32,000 nucleotides of DNA, taken from the NCBI GenBank assembly GCA_028710695.1, contig JAQTTP010000001.1, forward strand, positions 206,132 through 238,131, read 5' to 3'. Below, one piece after another: positions 18,161 to 27,494 of the stretch; the stretch's first letter is position 1; each line of letters starts with the position of its first letter. Source of the stretch: Candidatus Iainarchaeum sp. GTDB taxonomy: Archaea > Iainarchaeota > Iainarchaeia > Iainarchaeales > 0-14-0-20-30-16. The notes under the pieces are model-generated. The model saw only the letters and a list, made by a program, of their open reading frames with translations. It searched no databases and had not been told where the DNA came from. Both the position numbers and the translations under genes were made by a program.

Positions 18161-20231
18161 GCTTTTGAATAAAGTAAAAGAGCTCAATAATATTGCTGAT
18201 TTTAATGAAGTTCAAAATAAAGCAATCCCACAATTAGAAAAAAATATTGTTGTTTCAAGCCCTACTTCTTCCGGAAAAACTTTAATTGCAGAAATTGCAT
18301 CTTTAGAAACTATTCTTAATAAGAAAAGAAAAGTGATTTACACCTGCCCGCTAAAAGCATTGGCAAGTGAGCATTATTCTAATTTCAAAAAGAAATATGA
18401 AAAAGAGTTTGGAATAAAGTGTGCAATTTCTATTGGAGATTTGGATTCCAGTTCAAAATATTTGGAAAATTATAATATTATTTTTACTACTTATGAAAAA
18501 TTAGATTCCTTAATTAGGCACAAATCTTTTTGGTTGTATTCTATTGGGCTTTTGGTTATCGATGAATTACATATGTTAGACTCAGATAGGGGGCCAACAA
18601 TAGAGGTTTCGGTAATACAGCTTAACCTTATGGTAAAAGACTTACAAACTCTTGGGCTAAGTGCAACAATTCCTAATTATAAACAGTTGGCAGAATGGTT
18701 AAACGCAGAAGCAGTATATTCAGAACATAGGCCTGTTGCCCTAAAAAAAGGAGTTTTAGTAGAGAATAAAATTTATTTTGAAAAAGAAACAGAAGAAATA
18801 GATTTTTCTAATGACAAAGAATTGCATAATTTGATAAAAGATACTTTAAAGAAAAATAAGCAAGCATTAATATTTACAAATACAAGAAAAAATGCGCAGT
18901 CTTTGGCGAATCAAATAAAAACAACAACATTAAAAGAAAAAGTAAATGAATATGATTTTGATTCAGAAAATCTGACTTCTTTTGACAAAGAAATTATTGA
19001 TTTGATGAGACATGGTGTTGCATTTCATCATGCAGGATTAAGAGCAGAATTAAGAGAAAAAATTGAAGCTGATTTTAGAAATGGAAAAATAAAAATAATT
19101 TCTGCTACTCCAACTTTGGCTGCGGGTGTGAACACTCCAGCATTTAGAGTAATAATTCATAGCATGTATCGACACAGCATAAATGGAATGCAAAAAATAC
19201 CAATAAGGGAATACCATCAGATGGCAGGGCGTGCAGGAAGAGCAGGATATGATGAAAAAGGAGAAGCAATAATTCTTGGAAAAGATGAATATGAAAAAGA
19301 CAGGTTGTTTGAAGAATATATTTTTGCTGAGCCGGAAGAAGTTCTTTCCCAGATTGGAAATTTAAGTGTTTTGAGAACTCTTCTATTATCATTAATTGCA
19401 AATGGAATTGTTTATGATGATGAAAGTATGCTTAATTTTTTTAAGAAGACTTTGTATTATTTGCAATTTAAAAATGAGTCATTGCTTTATGAGAGGATCC
19501 GATCTGTTTTAGATGAATTGTTGTCTTACGGATTCATAAAAATAACTTCAAAAATAGAAGCAACAGAAATTGGAAAAAGAGTTTCAGAACTTTATATTGA
19601 CCCACTTTCAGCATATAATATAATTAATTATTTGAGTTTTTTGGAAAAGCATAATAACGAGTTTGCACAGTTGTATTGTTTAGTTAATACAATTGAACTG
19701 AAACCATATCCAACTGTTTCAAAAACAATGAAGGACATTGGAATTGAACTTAATGAAAAAAGTTCTTACTTTTTGGCAGACCCGTATGCGATTTTTGAAG
19801 AATATGATATGCCAAATAAGTTCCTGCTTGTAAAGATTTTTTATGACTGGATAAATGAAGTTTCGGACCAAGAACTTTTGGATAGATACGATATGCAGCC
19901 AGGAATTTTGCATCAGAAAGTAGAAAATATGAAATGGATAGCTTATGCAACAAAAGAACTTGCAGAGCTTTCGGGTAGAGAAAAATACAAAGACCTAATT
20001 AAGGAAATTTCTTTGTTTGAAAAGAGATTACAGTATGGTATAAGGAAAGATCTGCTATTCTTAGTAGAGCTTCCAGGGATCGGAAGAGTAAGGGCTAGAA
20101 AGCTATTCTATGGCGGAGTAAGAAACATAGGAGATCTTAGATCCGCAGACCCAATCAAACTTGCAGGATTAATCGGCCAGAAAACAAGAGATAAGTTATA
20201 TGAACATTTGAAGATAAACCAAAACAAATAA
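18144..20231 (+). CDS. Hel308-like superfamily 2 (Ski2-type) helicase
   Basis: PTSSGKTLIAEI (Walker A), VIDELHMLDSDRG (DExH), GLSATIPN, HHAGLRAELREKIE, AAGVNTPAFRVII, QMAGRAGRAG; HhH-like C-terminus PGIGRVRARKLFYGGVRNIGDL. Confidence 0.92.
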   Translation: MLTKIELLNKVKELNNIADFNEVQNKAIPQLEKNIVVSSPTSSGKTLIAEIASLETILNKKRKVIYTCPLKALASEHYSNFKKKYEKEFGIKCAISIGDLDSSSKYLENYNIIFTTYEKLDSLIRHKSFWLYSIGLLVIDELHMLDSDRGPTIEVSVIQLNLMVKDLQTLGLSATIPNYKQLAEWLNAEAVYSEHRPVALKKGVLVENKIYFEKETEEIDFSNDKELHNLIKDTLKKNKQALIFTNTRKNAQSLANQIKTTTLKEKVNEYDFDSENLTSFDKEIIDLMRHGVAFHHAGLRAELREKIEADFRNGKIKIISATPTLAAGVNTPAFRVIIHSMYRHSINGMQKIPIREYHQMAGRAGRAGYDEKGEAIILGKDEYEKDRLFEEYIFAEPEEVLSQIGNLSVLRTLLLSLIANGIVYDDESMLNFFKKTLYYLQFKNESLLYERIRSVLDELLSYGFIKITSKIEATEIGKRVSELYIDPLSAYNIINYLSFLEKHNNEFAQLYCLVNTIELKPYPTVSKTMKDIGIELNEKSSYFLADPYAIFEEYDMPNKFLLVKIFYDWINEVSDQELLDRYDMQPGILHQKVENMKWIAYATKELAELSGREKYKDLIKEISLFEKRLQYGIRKDLLFLVELPGIGRVRARKLFYGGVRNIGDLRSADPIKLAGLIGQKTRDKLYEHLKINQNK

Positions 20232-20234
20232 TAC

Positions 20235-22145
20235 CTATAATACTCCTTCTTCCCAATGGCCTTTGGTGTACTTGCTCTTTTCAACTTTTACTGACTTCTT
20301 TGCAAGAATGTCTTGGTAAAGCAATAATGTTTCTGGGACTTTTGAGTCTAAGTCAAAAAAGAATTTCTTTATTCCAACTTCTTTTAGGGCCAGAATTTTT
20401 TGGAATAATCCTAATTCTACGCTGTTTAAAATTTGGTAATATGTGTGCTCTCTTCTAACTGGGAACACATAATTTTTTTCATCTTTCAACTCATTAGGAA
20501 GCTTGTCGTATTTTGTGTTCATGAAAATTATTCTGCCATGCGTTAATACAGCAAAATTTCTGTTTCTGAATTCTGACAATTCTTTAAAAGAAAGTTCTGG
20601 AGAAATAATTGGTATTGCATTTTCAAAAAACAAAAGATCATAGTCATTGAAAACATTTGCAGAATAATCTAAATATAAATTTAGTCCAGAATTTTTTAGA
20701 AGAGCATAAACTCCTAAGTCTCCAATAAGAATATCTTTTACTTTTAATTCGTTTATTAATTTTATTGCTCTTTCTACTTCAAAGTCGGCTAATATTCTTG
20801 GCACATAAGCACCAAACTTTGGATCATAATCTTTTGCAAAAATATTGTAGAATGCTTTTACACCAATATCTTGTGCTTTTTCAGCATCGGCAATAGAATA
20901 TACTTTAACCAATTGTTCTTCTTTTTTGGAACGCACAACAGGTATTTCTGGTATGATTAGGTTTTTGTAATCTCTTTTTGGGGTAAATATTGGATCGTTC
21001 TTTTCAAATCTAATTGCTTTTGGAGTGAATTCTTTTTTTGCTGATGTTTTGTAAACGCTTGTTCCTGGTGTTGCTTTAATATGTAATTTTACTACATCTC
21101 CTGCTTTGGCATAATTTATTGATATGCCTGCCTTGTCCATTTTTTTTAGTACTGCGCCATCAACTTTATTTCTGAACCAGATTCCTAGTCCATCTCCAAC
21201 AGATAAATCTTCTTCTAGTTTGATAAAATTATCTGCATCCAAAGTTCCTAAAAATAAGCCTCTTGCTATTGGTTTTTCTGGGCTAACTAGATTTTTGTCT
21301 TCTGCAAAATAACCTTCTGTAAATTCTCTGTTAAACGCTAATTTTAGGTCTTTATAATAAGGATAATTTACTCCAAATCTTCCACTATAGTAGGAATCAA
21401 TTGCAAGCCTATATGCTCTTGCTGCAGAAGTAACATATTTTGGAGTTCTTAATCTTCCTTCAACTTTTAGACTTAACACTCCACTTTCAATAACTTGCGG
21501 GATTTTTTCGATTAGGCAGAGCTCTTTCATGCTTAGCAGATGTGAGCCAGAATATTTTTTTCTACATGGCTGAGCACACAATCCTCTATTTCCAGATCTT
21601 CCCCCAAGGAAGCTAGAAAATAAGCATTTTCCACTATAAGAAAAGCATAATGCTCCTTGCACAAATATTTCTGCAGGGATTTTTGTTTTTTCAACAAAGT
21701 TTTTTATCTCTTTTTGGCTGAATTCTCTTGGCAAAATTACTCTGTCTACTTCTTTGATTAGGTCATAAAAATAAGTATTGCTAACTGCTGCCTGTGTTGA
21801 AAGATGTATTTCTAGGCCAGGAAAGTTTTGCTTTAAAATTGAAATAAAAGAAAAATGCTGAATAATCACTGCATCAACAGCAGCTAAATAAAGCTCTTTT
21901 ACAGTTCCCCAAAATTCAGTAAGTTCCTTGTTTTTTACAAGAGTATTTAGGGTACAATATGCTTTGACTCCGTTTTTGTGGCAATAATCAACTACTTTTT
22001 TTACTTCCTCTAAGGAAAAATTGTTTGCTTTTTTACGGGCATTGAAGTTTTGGACTCCAAAATAAATAGCATCCGCTCCATTCTCAACTGCCGCTTTAAG
22101 GCAATCCCAGTTTCCTGCAGGTAAAAGTAACTCTATTTTTTGCAT
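20235..22145 (-). CDS. U32 family peptidase (collagenase-like; RlhA/TrhP type)
   Basis: ELLLPAGNWDCLKAAVENGADAIYFGVQNFNAR, and E(I)FVQGALCFSYSGKCLFSSFLGGRSGNRGLCAQPCRKKY with the conserved U32 Cys cluster. Confidence 0.93.
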   Translation of the reverse strand: MQKIELLLPAGNWDCLKAAVENGADAIYFGVQNFNARKKANNFSLEEVKKVVDYCHKNGVKAYCTLNTLVKNKELTEFWGTVKELYLAAVDAVIIQHFSFISILKQNFPGLEIHLSTQAAVSNTYFYDLIKEVDRVILPREFSQKEIKNFVEKTKIPAEIFVQGALCFSYSGKCLFSSFLGGRSGNRGLCAQPCRKKYSGSHLLSMKELCLIEKIPQVIESGVLSLKVEGRLRTPKYVTSAARAYRLAIDSYYSGRFGVNYPYYKDLKLAFNREFTEGYFAEDKNLVSPEKPIARGLFLGTLDADNFIKLEEDLSVGDGLGIWFRNKVDGAVLKKMDKAGISINYAKAGDVVKLHIKATPGTSVYKTSAKKEFTPKAIRFEKNDPIFTPKRDYKNLIIPEIPVVRSKKEEQLVKVYSIADAEKAQDIGVKAFYNIFAKDYDPKFGAYVPRILADFEVERAIKLINELKVKDILIGDLGVYALLKNSGLNLYLDYSANVFNDYDLLFFENAIPIISPELSFKELSEFRNRNFAVLTHGRIIFMNTKYDKLPNELKDEKNYVFPVRREHTYYQILNSVELGLFQKILALKEVGIKKFFFDLDSKVPETLLLYQDILAKKSVKVEKSKYTKGHWEEGVL

Positions 22146-22235
22146 TAAATCTTAAAGTTCCGAAAAGTTATTAAAGAAAAGGCGGAAAAACAGGGTAGAG
22201 AAAAGGATTAAATAGGAAAGTAGAGTATATGTAAC

Positions 22236-22616
22236 ATGGAAAGAAAAGTAGGCAAATTCCTATACTGGACTCCAAGAATACTGTCAATAATACTTGTAAT
22301 ATTCATGTTTCTAATGTCTCTGGATGTTTTTGGTAATGGCTTGGGATTTTGGCAAACAGCTCTGGCATTTTTTATGCATAATATTCCTGCTCTAATTTTG
22401 CTTATAGTTTTGATCATCTCTTGGAAGTATGAAATAGTTGGCGGTATTACATTTATTTTGGCGGGATTATTGTATATTGTCTTGTTATTTAGGAATCCAT
22501 TTGAGTGGTATATGCTTGCTTGGGCTATACAGATTTCTGGGATTGCTTTTTTAATTGGAATTTTGTTTATTATTGGTTGGCATAAGAAAAAGGCAGCACT
22601 TGAGCTTTCGACTTAA
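22236..22616 (+). CDS. Small four-helix membrane protein, unknown function
   Basis: 126-aa ORF dominated by hydrophobic segments. Confidence 0.65.
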   Translation: MERKVGKFLYWTPRILSIILVIFMFLMSLDVFGNGLGFWQTALAFFMHNIPALILLIVLIISWKYEIVGGITFILAGLLYIVLLFRNPFEWYMLAWAIQISGIAFLIGILFIIGWHKKKAALELST

Positions 22617-22674
22617 ATAACTTACCTTTTTAAACATTTTACATCAAATATATAGTTAGATCTTATTTTTTGGT

Positions 22675-22683
22675 TATAAAAAC
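22675..22683 (+). promoter_or_regulatory. TATA-box-like element upstream of the thermosome gene
   Basis: ttataaaaa about 32-40 nt before the ATG at 22715. Confidence 0.45.
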
Positions 22684-22702
22684 ATATGACTTATAGCGAT
22701 TT

Positions 22703-22709
22703 GGAGGAG
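22703..22709 (+). promoter_or_regulatory. Strong Shine-Dalgarno (GGAGGAG) of the thermosome gene
   Basis: ggaggag 6 nt before the ATG at 22715. Confidence 0.75.
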
Positions 22710-22714
22710 AGAAA

Positions 22715-24343
22715 ATGGCAGAAATGCAGAATCAGCAAAATGCGTTCTTAGAAGAGGGTGCAAAGAGAATTAGAGGAAAAGATGCTCAAAGAATTAATAT
22801 TTTGGTTGCAAGGGCAGTAGCTAATGCAGTTAGATCTACTTTGGGCCCTAAAGGAATGGACAAAATGATAGTTGACGAAATGGGGGATGTGACAATCTCA
22901 AATGATGGTGCGACTATTCTGAAGGAAATCTCTATAGAACACCCTGTTGGAAAGATGATGGTTGACATTGCAAAAACCCAGGATTCTGAAATTGGAGATG
23001 GAACAACTACTGCTGTAGTAGTAGCTGGAGAACTTCTTGCTGAAGCTGAAAAGCTATTAGATAATGGAATACATCCTTCAAGTATAATTAATGGTTATAG
23101 GTTGGCAACAACAAAAGCATTAGAGTTTTATAACGCAATATCATATAAAATTGGTCCTAAAGATTCTAAGAAATTATATAATATTGCAGTGACTTCCATG
23201 ACTGGGAAGGCAGCAGAATCTAGTTCTAAGTTGGCACAATTGGTTGTAGATGCAGTGTCACAAATTGCTATTGAAGATGACAAGAAAATTGTTTTAGATA
23301 ATGATTATATAAAAGTGGAAAAGAAGGAAGGAGCAAGCCTAGATCATAGTGAATTGATTAGAGGAATCGTAATTGATAAAGAAATTGTGAGCAATAATAT
23401 GCCAAAGAAAATTTCAAATGCAAAAATACTTCTTTTAGATGTGGCTTTGGAAATAAAAAGCCCAGAAACAGACACAAAAATACAGATTACTAGCCCAGAC
23501 CAATTACAACAGTTTTTAGATCAGGAAGAAAGAATGATACAAGATATGGTAGACAAAATAATAGCAACAGGTGCAAATGTGGTAATTTGTCAAAAAGGTA
23601 TTGATGATTTGGCTCAACATTTCTTGGCAGAATCTGGAATTATGGCAATAAGAAGAGTAAAGAAATCAGATATTGATAAATTAGCAAAAGCAACTGGTGC
23701 AAAAGTTGCATCAAGATTGAAAGAAATAAACAAGAATTATTTAGGAAATGCAGAAACAGTTAGAGAAACAAAAATCTCTGGCGAAGAAATGATTTTTGTT
23801 GAAGGCTGTAAAGATCCTAAAGCAGTTACAATACTAATAAGGGGCGGAACTCAGCATGTTGTTGATGAAGCAGAAAGAGCAGTAGTTGATGCTTTGGGTT
23901 CAGTATCATCAGCAATAAAATCAGGTAAATATGTTGCTGGTGGTGGTGCCTGCGAAATCGAAGTTGCAATGAGATTAAGGGATTATGCTAAGGACGTTGG
24001 TGGAAGAGAGCAGTTGGCAATAGAAGGATTTGCTACTGCATTAGAAATAATACCAAGAACTTTGGCAGAATCTGCAGGATTAAACCCATTAGATATATTG
24101 GTTGCTTTGAAGAACAAGCACAAAAAGAATGAAATCGCTTATGGTGTGGATGTACTAAATGCAACAATATCAGATATGGAAAAGTTGAATGTTATCGAGC
24201 CTACAGAAATAAAGATCCAAGCAATTAATTCAGGGTCAGAAGTATCACAAATGATTTTAAGAATCGACGACATAATTGCTGGAAGCGGAAGATCTAAAGG
24301 CGGAATGCATAACATGCCACCAGGAATGGGAGATGCAGATTAA
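22715..24343 (+). CDS. thsA: Thermosome (group II chaperonin) subunit
   Basis: [90 protein letters not shown]; C-terminal [12 protein letters not shown]. Confidence 0.98.
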   Translation: MAEMQNQQNAFLEEGAKRIRGKDAQRINILVARAVANAVRSTLGPKGMDKMIVDEMGDVTISNDGATILKEISIEHPVGKMMVDIAKTQDSEIGDGTTTAVVVAGELLAEAEKLLDNGIHPSSIINGYRLATTKALEFYNAISYKIGPKDSKKLYNIAVTSMTGKAAESSSKLAQLVVDAVSQIAIEDDKKIVLDNDYIKVEKKEGASLDHSELIRGIVIDKEIVSNNMPKKISNAKILLLDVALEIKSPETDTKIQITSPDQLQQFLDQEERMIQDMVDKIIATGANVVICQKGIDDLAQHFLAESGIMAIRRVKKSDIDKLAKATGAKVASRLKEINKNYLGNAETVRETKISGEEMIFVEGCKDPKAVTILIRGGTQHVVDEAERAVVDALGSVSSAIKSGKYVAGGGACEIEVAMRLRDYAKDVGGREQLAIEGFATALEIIPRTLAESAGLNPLDILVALKNKHKKNEIAYGVDVLNATISDMEKLNVIEPTEIKIQAINSGSEVSQMILRIDDIIAGSGRSKGGMHNMPPGMGDAD

Positions 24344-24356
24344 TTACTTGAGTTAA

Positions 24357-24386
24357 GGGGTCTGATTTAAAAACAAATCGGCCCCC
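24357..24386 (+). promoter_or_regulatory. Strong intergenic hairpin (12 paired positions, one mismatch)
   Basis: GGGGTCTGATTT-aaaaac(loop)-AAATCGGCCCC; T/G wobble, one T/C mismatch. Confidence 0.65.
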
Positions 24387-24401
24387 AAATATATTATTTA
24401 T

Positions 24402-24408
24402 GGAGGTG
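24402..24408 (+). promoter_or_regulatory. Strong Shine-Dalgarno (GGAGGTG)
   Basis: ggaggtg 7 nt before the ATG at 24416. Confidence 0.75.
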
Positions 24409-24415
24409 CTTTAAT

Positions 24416-24931
24416 ATGAAAAGCATAAATTTTGTAATAGTAGTATTATTAGCATTGCTAATTTTGCCAATGGGGTTTTCCTACGTTAAATTTACTAGTA
24501 GCTCATATCATCCCGGAGAACTACAAGTAGATGGTACAAAGGCACCAGGCTATTGGGATGTTACAGCAACATTTAGCGAAAACAAATATAGTGTACCTTA
24601 CGCAACATTTAGTGGATACTTATTAAAACTTGGAGCAACAATAAATAAGCCAGTTGATGTTGAAGGTGTAAGTACAAATTGTAAAATAAATCTAAAAGAA
24701 ATGACTAATAAAAAAGATTCTTACACAAGCACAGCTTTATTCCAAATAAATAGTGCTTTGCCAGAAAGAGCAGGTAATGTATTTTATAGTCGTGGAGCTT
24801 ATTCAATGATTTCTCCAACTGGAAATTACATGACTCCTACATATGTTAAAGGTATGTGTAACACTATGTTTTTGTACTTTGGAAACAACTTAGTATTCCC
24901 TGGTACTGCAATGATAATGGACGTTAAGTAA
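24416..24931 (+). CDS. Small secreted protein (171 aa), unknown function
   Basis: Signal-peptide-like MKSINFVIVVLLALLILPMGFSYV; two Cys residues; strong SD and downstream hairpin/T-tract. Confidence 0.85.
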   Translation: MKSINFVIVVLLALLILPMGFSYVKFTSSSYHPGELQVDGTKAPGYWDVTATFSENKYSVPYATFSGYLLKLGATINKPVDVEGVSTNCKINLKEMTNKKDSYTSTALFQINSALPERAGNVFYSRGAYSMISPTGNYMTPTYVKGMCNTMFLYFGNNLVFPGTAMIMDVK

Positions 24932-24955
24932 GAAGGGTAGCCTTCTTTTTTTTTT
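24931..24955 (+). terminator. Intrinsic-like terminator
   Basis: AGAAGG-gtag-CCTTCT perfect 6-bp hairpin followed immediately by T10. Confidence 0.75.
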
Positions 24956-24997
24956 ATTTTAGAAAGATATAAATAATTCCTTGCTTTACTTATTTTC

Positions 24998-26842
24998 ATG
25001 ATTAAAAGATTACTATTTTTGATACAATTTTTGATAATTGTTTTTTGTCTTGCAGGGTTTGTTTTTGCTGCCTTTGAGTCAGTCCCTCCTGTAGGCCCTT
25101 CTAGTTGTGTAACATATGACCAGGCAAGAGCGCAAGGAATAACTGGAACTGATGCTCAACTAAATAGCATGGGTTTCTGTGCGGGCAGTAGTGGCGATAC
25201 AACTACAAGCTCCGAAGGTGATACTGACACCCAAGATTTACAAAGCCAGATTGATGCTCTTAATGAAAAACTTGCACAAGATCAGAAAAATTTGCAAGAT
25301 GCCCAAAATATTTTGGATACAGTTGATCCAATGGCAGCAGATAAAGCAGCAGGGGCATGTAATTTAGATTGGACAAAACCTGATGGAGCTTGTGATGAAT
25401 TATATGAAAAAGCCCAAGAAGCAGCAGATGCTTGGAATAAAGCCAATAAAGAAATATACGGATATCAAGTTGCAGTTGATAATGATAAAAGTCAGTTAGA
25501 GTTGCTAACTGAGCAATTAGAAACAGCGACAAAACCAATTGATTCTGGGACAACAAATGTGACTGATTTATTAATATCAGATACTATGGCCCAATATATG
25601 GATCAGGTTAAAAACAGCCAAGAAGAACAAGATTTTCTTGATAAAATGTTAGAATCCTGTTCTGCAGATATAGTTGATTGTAGTTCAAAATGTGATCACC
25701 TTGCAGAAACAGACATAAAAAAATATGAGTGTTATGGAGAATGTGAGCAAGATCAGCTTAAAGAAGATTATAAATATAATGATTGTTTAAATGGCATAGA
25801 TGGCGGATCAAGTTATGCTGCAAGTGTTATATTGGAAAAGGCAAGCGAGTATGAAAAAATTTGTAATGATCTTGTAAATTTTATTTGGAAAGATTATGAT
25901 TCTGATGGTTGTTTTGATGCCTGTGCAGGATCAGACGGTGATGCTTGTGGCAATATTTGTTTAATGAAAGATATGAGGCGTTGGCTTGCACACGATATCT
26001 GTGAAAGTGAAGGATATATTAAAGCACAACCTGATGTAAAAGCTTGGTTTCAAAATCTGAAAGCAGAAAAAGAAAATAAAAAGAAGACAATTCAAAATCA
26101 AACTAAGCCATATACAACAGGTAATTCTGGGGTGGTAACTTCTCCATCTGTGACTAATACAACAACAATACCTACGTCAAGTAATTCAAATATAACTATT
26201 GATGATTTTTACGGACGAGAATTAATTTTTGTTAGTACTTATTCTGAAGCTCAAAATAACTTGGATAAAATTATGCCTACTTGTATGACTGTTATAAATG
26301 CAAAAGGGGACTATGAAAATGCCCTAAAAACAGAAATAAGCAAAGAAGAACTACAAAAATTAAAAGCGGATTATGAAACTAAACTGCTTGGATTAGCACA
26401 AAATATTTATGACAAAGTATTATCAAAAGATCCAACCAACCCTGATGCCTTGTGGTATATGGGTACTTTAGCAAAATGGAATGGAGAAAATACAAAATCA
26501 TATGAATATTATAGGGAGGCATTGCTTCAAACACAAAATAAAAATCCGTTCAAATATAACCAACTTTTGGATTCTGTTAAAAACCCCGCAATGCAAATGT
26601 ATTTAGTACAAAGTATACAACCAGATGAAAAGCTTTTTAACTTGCCAACTATAGAAACATCACCACTTCTGAAAAAATTAAAAGATCATTTTGATAATAT
26701 GATTAAGCCAGTTAAGGATGAGATGAAATCTGTTGCAAGTGAAGTAGAAAAAGTTTCAAGAATATATTCAATTCAAGGGGTGTCTTCGCAAGCCGAGGAA
26801 GAATTTGGCATTTCTTCTATAGGGGGTGGTGAAGATGAATAA
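24998..26842 (+). CDS. Secreted, coiled-coil/TPR-like Cys-rich protein (614 aa)
   Basis: Signal-peptide-like MIKRLLFLIQFLIIVFCLAGFVFAAFES; coiled-coil heptads; Cys cluster DCSSKCDHL...YECYGECEQ...GCFDACAGSDGDACGNICLMK; TPR-like PTNPDALWYMGTLAKWNGENTKSYEYYREALL. Confidence 0.85.
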   Translation: MIKRLLFLIQFLIIVFCLAGFVFAAFESVPPVGPSSCVTYDQARAQGITGTDAQLNSMGFCAGSSGDTTTSSEGDTDTQDLQSQIDALNEKLAQDQKNLQDAQNILDTVDPMAADKAAGACNLDWTKPDGACDELYEKAQEAADAWNKANKEIYGYQVAVDNDKSQLELLTEQLETATKPIDSGTTNVTDLLISDTMAQYMDQVKNSQEEQDFLDKMLESCSADIVDCSSKCDHLAETDIKKYECYGECEQDQLKEDYKYNDCLNGIDGGSSYAASVILEKASEYEKICNDLVNFIWKDYDSDGCFDACAGSDGDACGNICLMKDMRRWLAHDICESEGYIKAQPDVKAWFQNLKAEKENKKKTIQNQTKPYTTGNSGVVTSPSVTNTTTIPTSSNSNITIDDFYGRELIFVSTYSEAQNNLDKIMPTCMTVINAKGDYENALKTEISKEELQKLKADYETKLLGLAQNIYDKVLSKDPTNPDALWYMGTLAKWNGENTKSYEYYREALLQTQNKNPFKYNQLLDSVKNPAMQMYLVQSIQPDEKLFNLPTIETSPLLKKLKDHFDNMIKPVKDEMKSVASEVEKVSRIYSIQGVSSQAEEEFGISSIGGGEDE

Positions 26843-27278
26843 TTATTTGAAGATGGCAATTACAATTCCAGGGATAATTATAGGATTATTGATTTTATTA
26901 TTTATAATATTAGTAATATACTATGCATTTGCAGGAACAGCAGATGTTTGTACAACAAAAGAGTGTTTCTTAGTGGCTACTGATTCAAATCAGTGCCCCC
27001 CTACAGTGTACAAAGAAGTAACGGGTATTGGAACTTTTAATTATGTTGTTTCTCCAACTTATGGAGTAACTGATAAATGTACTTTTACAAAGCAAATTTT
27101 GGACCTAAATGAAAATGAGGATCCTTTTTTGAAAAAAGCGTTGAAATCAAAAGAAATGACTTGTAGTTATGTCCCTGGAGAATTCAACGAGAATTGGATT
27201 GACTCTTTGATAGATGGAACAGAAGATTGTAGCGGAGAATTAAAAGATGCAATTGTAAAGTTATTGTCTCTAGTTTAA
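26826..27278 (+). CDS. Single-pass membrane protein with Cys-rich ectodomain (150 aa)
   Basis: Hydrophobic MAITIPGIIIGLLILLFIILVIYYAF then six or more Cys; start overlaps the end of the upstream ORF. Confidence 0.75.
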   Translation: MVKMNNYLKMAITIPGIIIGLLILLFIILVIYYAFAGTADVCTTKECFLVATDSNQCPPTVYKEVTGIGTFNYVVSPTYGVTDKCTFTKQILDLNENEDPFLKKALKSKEMTCSYVPGEFNENWIDSLIDGTEDCSGELKDAIVKLLSLV

Positions 27279-27291
27279 AAATAGTAAAAAA

Positions 27292-27451
27292 TGGGGTCAC
27301 AGGGACTCGAACCCTGGTCCGCAGGTTTCTTCCATATCATCCTAAGATGCTTCCCTGCAATTATCATCATCGCCAATTTTTACAAATTAGCTCCGCCTTC
27401 ACGCTCTTTATTGTCTGGAGCCTGAAGTGCTAGCCGCTACACTATGACCCC
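27292..27451 (-). tRNA. trnW: tRNA with intron after position 37, best read as tRNA-Trp (anticodon CCA)
   Basis: Minus strand: GGGGTCA-TA-GTGT-AGCGGCTA-GCAC-T-TCAGG-CTCCAG | 88-nt intron | A-CCTGC-GGAC-CAGGG-TTCGAGT-CCCTG-TGACCCC-A. Perfect 7-bp acceptor and 5-bp T stem; anticodon stem has one mismatch (27 T / 43 C). CCA tail not encoded; T-run follows. Confidence 0.85.
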
Positions 27452-27494
27452 CCAATTAATAATAAAAAAGTAGAGATAATTTAATAAAGAAGTG

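Noticed and set aside
22208-22417. 69-aa minus ORF upstream of the small membrane protein
   Set aside because: Overlaps a better-supported hydrophobic ORF on the plus strand; no motifs.
27327-27414. Bona fide C/D-box guide RNA inside the tRNA intron
   Set aside because: Box C-like motifs are present, but I could not find a clear CUGA box or a guide complementary to tRNA positions 34 or 39. Kept only as a hint in the finding.
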